NCBI RefSeq assembly: GCF_022045235.1
Contig: NW_027266343.1
Coordinates: 2,728,001-2,792,000, forward strand
DNA from: Haliotis cracherodii
Taxonomy: Eukaryota
Length of the DNA: 64,000 nt
Direction: 5' to 3'
The notes beneath the pieces are model-generated. The model was not told where the DNA came from. It made no database searches and worked only from the letters and a program-made list of their open reading frames with translations. A program made the position numbers and the translations under genes. Of the stretch, positions 24,901 to 54,320 are shown one piece after another. Positions within the stretch are counted from its first letter, which is position 1. Each line of letters begins with the position of its first letter.

Positions 24901-27900
24901 GTAACAACTTCTTTTATCTTTTCTAACACTGTTTTGGTAACAACTTCTTTTATACTTTGTAACAATGTTTGGGTAACAACTTCTTTTATAATTTGTTATG
25001 ACGTTTGGGTAACACCTTCTTTATCCTTTCTAATGATATTTTGGGAACAACTTCTTTTATTCTTTGTTACAATGTTTGGGTAACAACTTCTTTTATAATT
25101 TGTTATGACGTTTGGGTAACACCTTCTTTATCCTTTCTAATGATATTTTGGGAACAACTTCTTTTATTCTTTGTTACAATGTTTGGGTAACAACTTCTTT
25201 TATTCTTTGTTACAATGTTTGGGTAACAACTTCTTTTATTCTTCGTCACAATGTTTTAGAGCTACTCTTGCCCCTTCATTAAGTGAATACTGAGTAAGCG
25301 CATGGAGTTAATATATATACATGCTGATATGTTTAGACAAGGTAGGATTGATGTACAAAGATAACAAAATAATGACGAAGCCAATGAGATTAAAGGAAGA
25401 TAAGCCAATTAAGTCCACTGAAGGTGTGGTGATTGGCTGGGTGTTAGAACAAGGAGCTCCCCATGGTAACCCTGACAATCAAGGTGTCCATTTGTGGTTG
25501 ATGATAGCACAGTGGAGTACATGCTGGGTGGGGAGATGCCTTGGTGTTTGTTTCAATAGCTGGCTTCTTTCTTTGGATTTCTAGAGGATCTTGAAGTTTG
25601 TCTTTATCAAGTGACTGATGTGAGGTAGTCCTGAAATGTTGCAAAGAATAAAAGAAGTTGTTATCCATCAAAAAGTGTTATGTTCTTCCAACTTCTAAAT
25701 GCCTATCAAAGACTTGTCCTATTTCATACAACTAACTCCAAACAAACAACCAAACAAAATCATCTATCGCTGACTTCACTCTGCCCTCTAATCACTGACT
25801 AATCTCTGACTAATCACTCAAAGATCCCCCATTGCAGAGTGGTTACCTGGTGTGTTTCAGGCTACCCTAGACAACAATGAGTGCAGCGAGGTGATGAAGC
25901 GGTGGGCGGACCATCTGTGTGGAACACAAGTCAACCAGAAGGTAACATCATGGATATATGAGGATGATGTGATCATAGGCGGATCCCGAGGGGGGATTTG
26001 AAAACCAAATGTAGTATGTTGTAGGCAATAAGATTATCTGAGAGAGGATTTTGATATTTTGGACCCCTTCTCATTTAAAAATGCTGGATCTGCCCTTGAA
26101 GTTTAAGGAAAATTTGACAAAGAAAGCTTTTGAAAGTGAAATAGGGATTAGACAAGATTTTAGTCTGGATTTCTGTGTACCAAAATAGTCGTAATTTTGT
26201 ATTGACCCCAATGGGGTTTGGGTTTGAAGAGGTCCTATCAGCCTGTGTTTGTATGGAGAAACTAAATAGATCAAGAGGTCAGAATCAGCCAGTGTTTGTA
26301 TGGAGAAACTAAATAGATCAAGAGGTCTGATCAGCCAGTGTTTGTATGGAGAAACTAAATAGATCAAGAGGTCAGACTCAGCCAGTGTTTGTAGGGAGAA
26401 ACTAAATAGATCAAGAGGTCAGACTCAGCCTGTGTTTGTATGGAGAAACTAAATAGATCAAGAGGTCAGACTCAGCCTGTGTTTGTATTGAGAAACTAAA
26501 TAGATCAAGAGGTCAGACTCAGCCTGTGTTTGTATGGAGAAACTAAATAGATCAAGAGGTCAGACTCAGCCAGTGTTTGTATGGAGAAACTAAATAGATC
26601 AAGAGGTCAGAATCAGCCAGTGTTTGTATGGAGAAACTAAATAGATCAAGAGGTCAGACTCAGCCTGTGTTTGTATGGAGAAACTAAATAGATCAAGAGG
26701 TCAGACTCAGCCTGTGTTTGTATGGAGAAACTAAATAGATCAAGAGGTCAGACTCAGCCTGTGTTTGTATGGAGAAACTAAATAGATCAAGAGGTCAGAC
26801 TCAGCCAGTGTTTGTATGGAGAAACTAAATAGATCAAGAGGTCAGAATCAGCCAGTGTTTGTATGGAGAAACTAAATAGATCAAGAGGTCAGACTCAGCC
26901 TGTGTTTGTATGGAGAAACTAAATAGATCAAGAGGTCAGACTCAGCCTGTGTTTGTATGGAGAAACTAAATAGATCAAGAGGTCAGACTCAATGACTCAG
27001 TTGACATAGTACCCCAAAAGTGTGGATCGTTTCTCATAATATCAATCACGTGTTTGTGTGGTCCAGACTTGATTATCTACAGGATGCTGTCATACAGCTG
27101 GAATATTTCAGAGTGCTGCATAAAAATATCAGCAATATTCCTGCAGTCAGTAAATAATTGAGTCAGGACCAGACAATCCAGTGATTGATCACAAGAGCTT
27201 GATCCACACAATTAGGTTACAATGACATGCTATCAACCAAGTCATAAAGCCTATTTTCACCTTGTTAAACCAGCCAGCATGGGTTGCTGGGGACGTTGAT
27301 CTGACCTGGAATCCCCACTGGTGCACTCTATATTATCGCAGGCTAATCCTAACTGATGTGTCATAAAAGTTGAACAAAGAACAAGAAATGTTTTGCATAT
27401 GACATATTCAATAGGTTAGTAAGCCTGCACCATCACAATGTATTATAAATTAACAACTGTGATAATAAAGCTATGTGTCTAGCATGTGTTGCCTATGTGA
27501 TGCAGAGCAAGGCCCTGCTGGTGCTATTGTCTCTGGGCCAGTTCTTCAAGGTGGTGGAGATGCTGTACGGGATGAGATGCTTTGACAGAGCCACCTGCTT
27601 CATCGAGGCCTGTCTGGAGTTTGGGGTCATCGAGAAGACATCAGAAACTGGTCAGTTATTTCCTTTTTTCACATCTTGCTCCACGTTACCATGGGGGCGG
27701 TGGGGTAGCCTAGTGGTTAAAGCGTTTGCTCATCACGCTGAAGACCTGGGTTCGATTCCCAACATGGGTACAATGTGTAAAGCCCATTTCTGGTGTCCCG
27801 CGGTGACATTGCTGGAATATCACTAAAAGCGTAAAACCATACTCACTCACTCACTCACCCCATGGTAACAGTTTCTTAGATTTAGGCTGCTTGAGGATCT

Positions 27901-28512
27901 GTTTTTACTCTACAAAATAAAATGTATTTGCAGGTCGTTATTTTACTGTTTCACATAATTTTGTGTTACATAAGTTTGTATTTGTATTGAAGATGCATAA
28001 GGGTTTCATAATTAGTTTTAATACCTCTCTAGCCGTAGTTTGTTTCACAAGCATGTGTCAGAGACTTGGGATCTGCCTGCTTTGTGCATTTAAGGAGTTT
28101 TTCTCGCATGAGAAGGATTACCCTCTACCACTGTTCTAAGGTCTAATTTGCCATGCAGAGTTGCATCCCTTAAACATACAAGGATCTGTTTGTGATAAAA
28201 CCCAGATTTTCCCCCATTGGTCTGTTGGCATGGTACACGTTTGAGGTTTTGGGTCAAATCTTCACACTGTATTGAATCAGAACAATCTGGTTTTATTGAG
28301 ATTTCTCTTAGTATAAAAGTTCTTGATATAGCAGGAGTAATCTGCAGTGATCTGAACTTGTAACTTCAGCATCACTGATGGAAGCAGTCTTTCTGGAACA
28401 TGCAAGATATCTCAGCAACCTTGGACTGAGGAAGGCTGCAGAGCACTACTGCCACCTGGCGGGAAACAAGGGCCAGCAACTCTTGAAGGAAGTTGAAATA
28501 CTATTTGCCTAA
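932..28512 (+). CDS. WDR11: WD repeat-containing protein 11, 5'-partial, 23 coding exons (~1040 aa visible)
   Basis: GT-AG exons with consistent phases: 932-1115, 2705-2828, 4646-4833, 5259-5583, 6280-6364, 7282-7388, 7779-7851, 8375-8483, 10315-10475, 12246-12372, 12718-12824, 14628-14751, 15494-15662, 16995-17163, 17741-17806, 18776-18860, 20039-20236, 22367-22533, 23920-24014, 24571-24668, 25861-25941, 27506-27650, 28370-28512 (TAA). Recognisable WDR11 peptides: LLLLYPRELLILDLEINQTVG, YCLHENGSIS, YDLRCQSDPLR, RMCPPLTNKN, WSPSHSLKSLKKK, LFGDESEIHFWTVALHYL, LGQTDRAVQLLLET, STIKLVATNLIANGKL, EGVQLLCLIDKGLDACRYLQTYG. Confidence 0.95.
1389..1486. mobile_element. Small MITE with ~25-bp TIRs and TA flanks (Tc1/mariner-type)
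   Basis: TATACTACTCAAATGAAGATAAGCA ... TGCTTATCTTCTTTTGAGTAGTATA. Related copies or ends at ~4095-4203, ~4255-4512 and ~33200-33250. Confidence 0.75.
1619..1922 (+). mobile_element. SINE family A, full length
   Basis: GGGGCACGGGTGGCCCAGTCGTCTAAGGCG head, long (ACTC)n tail, TSD-like TCATTGGGG on both sides. Confidence 0.9.
2120..2365 (-). mobile_element. Retroposon family C (non-tRNA structured head, (AAAC)n tail), degenerate
   Basis: Reverse complement of the element at 57886-58144. Confidence 0.8.
2849..4087. repeat. 44-bp minisatellite, ~28 copies
   Basis: Unit CCAGGGGATCATTCTAGGAATAGCTTCTAGTATACAGGGATTTA, starting 20 nt after the donor at 2829. Confidence 0.97.
4290..4457 (+). mobile_element. 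SINE family B (tRNA-Asp-like head, ~165 bp) inserted into a MITE
   Basis: A box TAGCCTAGTGG, GTCACG loop, B box GGTTCGATTCC, (ACTC)n tail. TSD CTAC(G/A)GTTAATCT. Confidence 0.9.
5780..6210 (+). mobile_element. Non-autonomous element with inverted termini and a CTGATGA..GAAA motif (Penelope-like relic?)
   Basis: Homologous to 59709-60083; the termini are inverted repeats of each other. Confidence 0.6.
6452..6723 (+). mobile_element. SINE family A
   Basis: B box, body and (ACTC)n tail match the other copies. Confidence 0.85.
6921..7199 (-). mobile_element. SINE family A, full length
   Basis: Reverse complement of the family A consensus. Confidence 0.9.
7525..7710 (+). mobile_element. Retroposon family C, degenerate
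   Basis: GTCATAAGAGGCAAC ... TCTGGTCCAGA ... GTTAAACAAAAAGCAAAACAAAC. Confidence 0.7.
7919..8013. mobile_element. Palindromic (hairpin) MITE-like element
   Basis: GTTCCACAAAGCGAT ... ATCGCTTTGTGGAAC perfect 15-bp inverted repeat with further imperfect inner pairing (CCTAT/ATAGG). Confidence 0.65.
8476..9426. repeat. ~75-bp minisatellite containing the WDR11 exon end and 5' splice site
   Basis: Unit CAGCTGCT|GT(A/C)(A/G)GTAG(T/A)CAGGGAATGGTCCAGTCATATCATCAGGGAGTCAGCTAGGGTTGTCAGAGGCTATAGT, about 13 variable copies. Confidence 0.93.
10490..12125. repeat. 24/25-bp pyrimidine-rich minisatellite with a 612-bp higher-order duplication
   Basis: Units CCTGCTGTGTGTGTCTTTCCTATT and CCTGCTGTTCTGTGTCTTTCCTATT. 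Identical ORF starts are offset by 612 nt (10677/11289, 10751/11363, 10849/11461). Confidence 0.97.
12383..12525 (+). mobile_element. Short internally deleted copy of the Helentron-like element at 14806
   Basis: TTATCCCCCGCC ... TTTCCATGGCAACGACTTTGACT ... GCCTTGCACACAA ... TGTCATACTGGCAGGGGA. Confidence 0.55.
12951..13219 (-). mobile_element. SINE family A
   Basis: Reverse complement of the consensus, with (GAGT)n at the left end. Confidence 0.9.
13811..14300 (+). mobile_element. hAT-type MITE (490 bp)
   Basis: TIR TAGGGGTG..CACCCCTA, perfect 8-bp TSD ATGATTAT (13803-13810 and 14301-14308), subterminal ATCGAT/TATTG repeats. Confidence 0.9.
14429..14605 (+). mobile_element. 5'-truncated SINE family A next to a splice acceptor
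   Basis: 13-bp TSD TATGACTTTGCCC (14416-14428 and 14606-14618). Confidence 0.9.
14806..15233 (+). mobile_element. Helentron-associated (HINE/DINE-like) non-autonomous element
   Basis: Subterminal inverted repeats ATCCCCCACC / GGCGGGGGAT, GTCC microsatellite near the 5' end, two internal ~150-bp core repeats, T-rich ends. Confidence 0.6.
15810..16663. repeat. 52-bp minisatellite, ~16 copies
   Basis: Unit CTGTCACTGTTCATGAATCCAGGATAGTGTTGTCGACTGTCTTGCAACAGGC. Confidence 0.97.
17150..17459. repeat. 40-bp minisatellite containing the WDR11 5' splice site, ~8 copies
   Basis: Unit CAGCTCATAGAC(G/A)G|GTGAGTAGACTGTCAGCTCCCTCATA. Confidence 0.95.
18013..18502 (-). mobile_element. hAT-type MITE, inverted copy of 13811-14300
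   Basis: TIR CAGGGGTG..CACCCCTA, 8-bp TSD TT(C/G)TTCAT, reverse complement of 13811-14300 along its length. Confidence 0.9.
18515..18690 (+). mobile_element. SINE family D, degenerate 5' part
   Basis: ATACCAAAAGA..TAAAAGA..ACTTGTTGTTTCCCTGCCTGGTGCTCAGCATTAAGGGG matches 38461-38816 in reverse. Confidence 0.7.
18859..19507. repeat. 36-bp minisatellite starting at a WDR11 5' splice site, ~18 copies
   Basis: Unit G|GTAAACGGAGCTGTAGGGCTGGGACAGGGAACTCG, open in the WDR11 frame (VNGAVGLGQGTR)n. Confidence 0.96.
19598..19755 (-). mobile_element. SINE family B
   Basis: Reverse complement of 4290-4457, TSD-like TTATGATT. Confidence 0.85.
21198..21463 (-). mobile_element. Retroposon family C, full length
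   Basis: 5' end GACGCGTGAAGAT, TSD TACATCACAACT / TATGTCACAACT. Confidence 0.88.
22510..23720. repeat. 18-bp (and 13-bp) G-rich minisatellite made of tandem 5' splice sites
   Basis: Unit GACAGTGTCAG|GTGGGTG derives from the exon end GACAGTCTCAG|GTGGGTG, and is preceded by a 33-bp duplication of the exon end. Confidence 0.96.
24280..24423 (-). mobile_element. SINE family B
   Basis: Reverse complement of the family B consensus. Confidence 0.8.
24795..25256. repeat. ~36-bp AT-rich minisatellite, ~13 copies
   Basis: Unit GTTTGGGTAACAACTTCTTTTATCCTTTCTAACAAT. Confidence 0.9.
26227..26991. repeat. 47-bp minisatellite, ~16 copies
   Basis: Unit AAGAGGTCAGACTCAGCCTGTGTTTGTATGGAGAAACTAAATAGATC. Confidence 0.96.
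27128..27322 (-). mobile_element. Retroposon family C, diverged subfamily
   Basis: Head ACCAGTGGGGAT...GTCCCCAGCAACCCATGC; a partial + strand copy abuts it at ~27020-27120. Confidence 0.7.
27693..27857 (+). mobile_element. SINE family B
   Basis: GGGGGCGGTGGGGTAGCCTAGTGGTTAAAGCG head and (ACTC)n tail. Confidence 0.9.
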
Positions 28513-30039
28513 CACATTATCATTGTAAAATTGTGAAATGTAATATATTATGAACCACAAATGCATTTGAAGATTAGGATGGGTAATTATGTGTGAAAGT
28601 GTAATGTCCGCAGGTGTAATGAAAGGTTATGGGTGTGGCTCTTTATGTAACAGTTGGAGATAAATAGAAGGCTTGTTAAATACAATGTTTATTCCTTATA
28701 CAAGATATTTACCATCCCAAACACACAAGAGTGATAACCTCTTTATCATAATTATAATGTCATTCTTCAATTCTGTGCTTTAAAAATGTCTGCCAATCTC
28801 TCACAAACATTATCTAAACATTGCAAGAAACTGCCCAAACTTGTTAAATGCCTATTCACAGCTACATCACAGTTAACGATAGACACTGATTTTCAGCATA
28901 TCAGACAATTCTTTTGATAATGAAAGCAATTGAAGCCGGTAGTTTCTCCACATCCCCGATGGTTAATTCTGACTCGAAAAAAACTATATTTAGTCCCTAC
29001 TTGACCTTTGATATTTGCATCTCTATCCGCAGATGACCCTAATGGATATCGTTATTATCCTGCCAAGAAACCTACCCATTATATGATAAGTGATATTTAT
29101 ACAAATCAAATTGCTTACGAAGGAACGAAAAACAGTGGCATTTAAAATCCATTCAGAAAAGATGATCATTGTCGCTTCCTGAGTCTCAGGACAAGTTTGT
29201 ATCAACTTAAAGTGTCGATATGAACACACTGAGTACTGTCATCATCTGTATTTTCACGCTGTATGATTACAATGGATGGGTTACTTTTGTCTACACAAGT
29301 ACTAGGATATTTTGTCTACGCAATGTTGCCCTTCTTTCAATTTCACGACTGAGATTTTGTAGAGGAGCTCCTGTGCTCATGTCATAATTATGGAACATAC
29401 CTCATTAATATAAGGTTTAACAAACATTTTTTTAAGCAGCAGCCCTTTCATGTTTGTCCCATCAATGACAAAAACGTCTTTATTTGTATTTTGGTAGAGT
29501 TTTCTTGTCAACAAATACATGTGATGGTATGAAAGGGATGTATTTTTAAGGTCTCATTATGATACTCAATGTCAGTGAGCAAGCTGTCTGGTCAGCTCAG
29601 TAGGAATTGTGTCTAGTCCTTTGATTCATAGAGCCGATGTATTAGCTGTGTACTGAACAGGTGGTACTATGAGACAACACTTCACTGCCAGCTGTGAGCA
29701 GAAGTGTGGATGCATGAAGATGAATGCAGGAATCAAGTCCAAATCAGTGCACTGGGGGGGTAGCTTAGTGGATGGAGTGTCCTGGTCCGATTCTCCACAT
29801 TGGTTCAATGTGTGAAGCTGATTTTTGGTGTCCCCTGCCATGGTATTGCTGGAATATTGCTAAAAGTGGCGTAGATACTTTCTCTTTCACGGCATCATCC
29901 GCACAGCAAGGCAGAGTGTATACTGAATATACCAGCTTATTTGTCTCTTGTAAATGTATGTGTGTCTCCATGAACTGCTCACTGATCATGTCTTTGGATA
30001 TGGACAGAACAAATGGATTACTTTGTCAACAGTATGAAA

Positions 30040-30562
30040 TATACTGAACAGCAAAAGAAACATCACTTCATGAAAATAATTCAATTGAACTATCAATGCA
30101 TTTTTGGGGGGTATCTCGTTTTGACGTAGTCTGTATCCAAATTTAATCTTAATGGCCAAAAAGTGACACAAATATGGATATAATGGGTTGCCAAAACGCC
30201 ATGATTATAATGTCCACGTGAGAATCATCTACAGATAAGAGCAACGATACCAGGCCACCCACGGCATGCAGTCATCCTAAAGCCTGGTTTCTCTGGCCTG
30301 GCGCTAGGATCAATACAAGAATGTTGGATCCAAGTATTGGGGTGCCGTTTATCAGAAAAGGCACAAGGAAACCAATGTAATTTCTTTTTTTCATGGAATG
30401 CATTCAGACATTGTACCATGGTCGTATAAGCATCCCATAGTTGTTACTCTTTGGCCGTTAACATTAAATTTGGATACAGACCAACATAAAAAAATGATAT
30501 AAAATGCATTGATATTCAATGGAAAACTTTCATAAGTGATGTTTCTTTTTTAGTTCAGTATA
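30040..30562. mobile_element. MITE with ~130-bp imperfect TIRs and TA flanks (Tc1-like)
   Basis: TATACTGAACAGCAAAAGAAACATCACTT..TCTGTATCCAAATTTAAT..GGCCAAA is mirrored by TTTGGCC..ATTAAATTTGGATACAGA..AAGTGATGTTTCTTTTTTAGTTCAGTATA. Confidence 0.8.
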
Positions 30563-31530
30563 TCTCTGTACCATATACTATTTTTTAAACGAAATATTTG
30601 TCAGATGAAAATTTGACCTTGGGAATGAAGTATCCATTTCAAGGATGGCACAAGCCTTAGTCTGTTATATAGAATAGAAAAAAATCTAATAAGGATCTCT
30701 TAAAATCATATCCTTCTCAGGTGAAATACTCATTTTGAAATACAGAAACGAATCATCAGATAACCTTTATTCCACGTCAGTAGTAATTTGACGGCTCTTT
30801 CAATTACTTCTTGAAATAATGTGATGTGACCCCGCATGTGTCCAAATAGAAGAATAGTGTTCTCATACCAAGTTTCATCAGGTTAAGATGCATCCCTGCC
30901 GTTTCCCCTATACCATATTTGCCATAATAAGCACCCTGTCCACATAGAACATTTAAAAAGGTGATTAAATTAAAGTGAAGGAGCGAACATATACTACTGC
31001 ACTCTAGATAGGGATATTTGTATCTTTACATATGAGAATCATTGTTGTGTATAATGGAAACTGTCTATCGGAGTATCCCTATCAAACCCTGAGTAGTAAT
31101 GTTCAAATGTAAAGCCACATAGAACCTATGTCTTCATTTCCTGACGACTAAAGGTGTCAATAACACAAAGACGTGGTCAATGTAGGTCTCTGTATGGACG
31201 GCACTTAATATAGCAAATACAGTAATAACATTAGTGTTACAATAATCCGCTCCTCTAGTGGTAGAGGAAATGAACTTCGGTCTTTCATCATGTTCATCTA
31301 AATGTGATAAATAGTTAGTGTATATACCATGACTAGAAGTTCTACTACATTCAGTGATATGGATTCATTCGTCAACTTGTACAGTACAGGCAAAGTGGTC
31401 TCAGCATGGTGCTTGTATAAAATGTCCTACTAGTATTGTAGTTTAGTTTTGTCTGAAAAATCAATAGTAACTTTTTTTTATAACAGAAATTCAAATAATT
31501 AAGATACATAAAAATAATGATTCTTTCCAT

Positions 31531-31774
31531 TGTGAGTAATTTTGGTGAAACACCGCTTTTAACAGTATTCCAGTTATATCGCGTCGTATCAGCTTTATGT
31601 GGGAGGAAAGCCCAAAGTGATGCAGGTCTCGGATGTTTACCACTTCGGTGAAACCCACGAGCACGGGTATGGTGCTGACAAACCTAGATTCGAACCCACA
31701 ATCATAGGTTTCTGGTTTGCTTAACTATGGACAGTGAATCTTGCACCTTAGACTACTGGGCCACCTGTGTCCCC
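31531..31774 (-). mobile_element. SINE family A with internal deletions
   Basis: 12-bp TSD GATTCTTTCCAT (31519-31530 and 31775-31786). Confidence 0.88.
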
Positions 31775-34187
31775 GATTCTTTCCATAAGCATATTAGAGT
31801 TTTAAGTATCTTGAATGTACAGAAACCTTCAGATTTGTAAAGATGTTCCAGTGTGTAAGGGCTACAAGTTCTGTTGTCTATTTGTTTAAATGTGCTTTTA
31901 ACCAGCATTATATGCATTCCTAGTTATTTATACGTGTATATTCTATCTGCTTGTTCATTGCATATGTACGCCATTGAAGAATAAATCTTCATATGTTGAT
32001 ATGATGCATCTCCTGAGTTTATCTATCAGAGCTTGCCTCATAGGAACCGTGACAAGATTGGATCTATTTACTTTTGATGTGGATTTCACGAGACAAATGA
32101 CACTGAAAAGATAAATATCCCACATATACACCAGTTAAACAGTTGTTTAAGAAACAGTAAATAACTGAGAATCTGACAGTGGAAACTATTAAATGTCTAG
32201 CGTCTATGAGAGGCATTTAGCAGTTAAAGTCGTACGAAAGGATGAGATGTGGATGAATGTCATCGCTACCAACTAATCCATATATCTTATATTTACTTAC
32301 CTAGTTTAGGATAAAATTTAAAACTGCTCAAATGCACCGACTATAACAGGTCTTCAATGTATTTTGAAGTCTGTGATGGGAGATTGTTCCATTACAGTGA
32401 GCCGGCATGTAGGAATGACTTGTCACCCTACTTCTGATATGTGACTTTGATACTGTCAGCATATGGTCATCTTCAGATTGGAGTGAGCGTGCAGGCTTGG
32501 AAGGTACCGGTTCTATCAGTTCCTATGAATATACAAGAGCCAAACTACGTGATTGCATTCTTTGTTGGATAGGCAACCAGGGTGTAACTCATAACAATGA
32601 TATAACAGAAACTGGCAAAAGAACACCTGATTTTTTCATATTACTTTAGTTAATCTGTCATCACAAATTAACTATAGTCATATATGATTTGTTTGTTGTT
32701 TAACTCTGCACTCAGCAATATTCCAGCCGTCTGTTAATAATCGAGTCTGAACCAGACAATCCAGTGATTGACATCATGAGCATCGACATGCGTCAGCCAA
32801 ATCACCAAGCCAGTCCACCCCATCCCATTAGCAGTCGCAGACGTAACGTGTTTGCAAGACGGCTCTGCCGTCTCTTGTACACGAGACGGGTGCGGTCTGC
32901 AGTACTCAGTGAAGCGCTTGATACTAATTAACTCAATCACCGTGGCTGTGCTGTCACCCGCAACCTCCGCGAAAGTAATTAAAGCTCTATGTAAAATCAT
33001 CCACTGCTGAGAGGGACCACAATCCACCCAAGGTTGTGACTGGCGGGTCGCGTGTGCATCGAGGCATCCGCCTTCCTATTTTCACATTCCCTATTTCCGA
33101 ACAGTTAAGACATGTCAACATGTCATTCTGGACTGGATACACTGAATAGACACCTCATGACAAGCATGGGTTGCTGAAGATCCATTCTTTACCTGAGGTA
33201 GTCATATGAAAACGTTGGGTTTTCTTTAACTTCTTTTGAGTAGCATATAACATACTCCAATCTAAAGCAGTTGTCGAGCAAATTTTCTGTGACACAGATT
33301 TGGGAAAGCAAATAAAACACAAGTTATAGAGGGCAAGACAGGTCTTCAAAAAACAGCCATATTGATGTGAAGCTTTAATTACAGTTTGAAAATATGTACA
33401 ATATCGACATTATGAAATGACATGATGAGGGTGTTGAATAATTTACAACAATCATGAACTGACGATGATGTACTGTATCCATGTATACATGTGTTTGTAT
33501 ATGTTTACATGTACATATATGCGACACATTTATTACATCTATTGTCCTTAAGTCATAATCAACAAAATACCAACATGTTCGTCATAAGCATTCTCACATA
33601 CACTGAGGAATCTTGACTGCATTCACCAAATGGCACCAAAATTGCCCCAAGCATCTTAATTTGTCTCTGCAGAAAATCTTTGTCCAACTGGAAGAGGTAA
33701 CAAGTATTGTTATATTCCACCTATAGCTATGTCCCAGCAGGCGGGGAATAATTGGCTCAATGCATCATGCCCACATAGGAAATCAAACCCAGGCCTACAA
33801 GGTGACAAGCTTTAATCACTAGGCTTCCCCACCACCCCCAGGGAGAGCTAAATACTCAACATTCTTTCATGAAACATGTTCCTGAATTGAATCCAGGAAT
33901 TGTAATTAATAGCACCTCAAACAAACACTTTCTCCACAGTGTAACAAACTTGCAGCTATATAACCTTGCTATCAGCAGAAACTCTTTCATTTTGTTGTTG
34001 AACATCCCCCCGACACATTCCAATCGACACTTTGAAAACTGTGCATTGAAAGCGATCTCCTTGGGATCATTAACTGTCGCTGTAGGAAATAGAATCTTGT
34101 CTGTGAAGTCTTTCCACACGGTCCCTGTTCATAGCTGATCAGGATCTCACTGACTTGTTCCATCAGCGACACACACACACACAAAGT

Positions 34188-53434
<19,247 letters not shown>

Positions 53435-53461
53435 TTCTGCAACAAGGCATCAGAAAAATTG

Positions 53462-53695
53462 CTGTTTGTTGCTTAATGCCACACTCAGGCATATACCAAC
53501 TATAAGAAGCAAAGGCATTCAATAATCAAGTCTGGACCACGCAATACATTGACTAATATGTAGATCCACTCTGTCGGGATACAATGACAAGCAATCAGCC
53601 AAATCAGCTAGCCTGACTACCCAATCAACTAAGTTGCCTCTTTCGAAAAGCACAGATTACTGGGAACCAATTCAAACTCAGTATCCCAGAGGGTC
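53462..53695 (-). mobile_element. Retroposon family C, old subfamily
   Basis: 5' end GACCCTCTGGGAT..TTCCCAG, TSD-like AGAAAA(A)TT. Confidence 0.7.
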
Positions 53696-54152
53696 AGAAA
53701 ATTCAGATCTCTTTCTTTCAATTCCCTTAAATATGCTTTTGGATCATGGTGGGCACTGGTTTTTAACAATGTTCCAGGGTAATCTATAATCAAGACCAGC
53801 TGCCCTTTCATGTACTGTGATCCCTCGCTACAACGCTACCTTCGGGGTCCAAATAACTGAGGAGCATTATACATGATCAGTGGTTTAACGAAGGTGGAGT
53901 CGTAGGCTGTAATGACCAACACAACAGTATACATGCTCTGCCTACCTAACACGATCTACCTTGCACGTTTCAGAGTTTCAAAAAACATTAGAATAGGAGT
54001 TGTTTATGATTCATAGAGTAAAAAAAAGATTTATCGAGTATTAATATGTGCTTTAAAAAAATACACATTGTATCCCTTCAGCGAATTCAGGTGAATAAAC
54101 AGGTGTAACAAACTTGGTCAATAAAAGTATTAAATTTGACATAAAACATTAC

Positions 54153-54159
54153 TCGACAT
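54153..54159 (-). CDS. POLR2B: Possible micro first coding exon of POLR2B (ATG TCG A|gtaatg)
   Basis: A phase-1 donor joins in frame to the acceptor at 53436 (ag|AA ATG TAT), giving M-S-K-M-Y-D. Very short, so it cannot be verified without transcripts. Confidence 0.35.
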
Positions 54160-54229
54160 GATGATTTACCATTCAAATTGTATTTCCTGCTCTCCAAGGC
54201 ATTGTTTTATAAGTAGAGATTAAGATTAC

Positions 54230-54320
54230 CATGTGTATTTTCTCATAAACTAAGCCGGAAAAAGCAATCAGCTGTGCGCACGTTTCCTCCCAATCTACCG
54301 GTGATTCAGTTATAAAGCAC
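54230..54320 (-). promoter_or_regulatory. Putative POLR2B proximal promoter
   Basis: CCGGAA (ETS-like) and TGTGCGCAC (NRF1-like) motifs lie just upstream of the putative first exon in otherwise AT-rich DNA. Confidence 0.25.

Noticed and set aside
28513-34187. Additional gene between the convergent stop codons
   Set aside because: Only AT-rich UTR or intergenic sequence and repeats; no credible exons seen, and poly(A) sites cannot be fixed from sequence alone.
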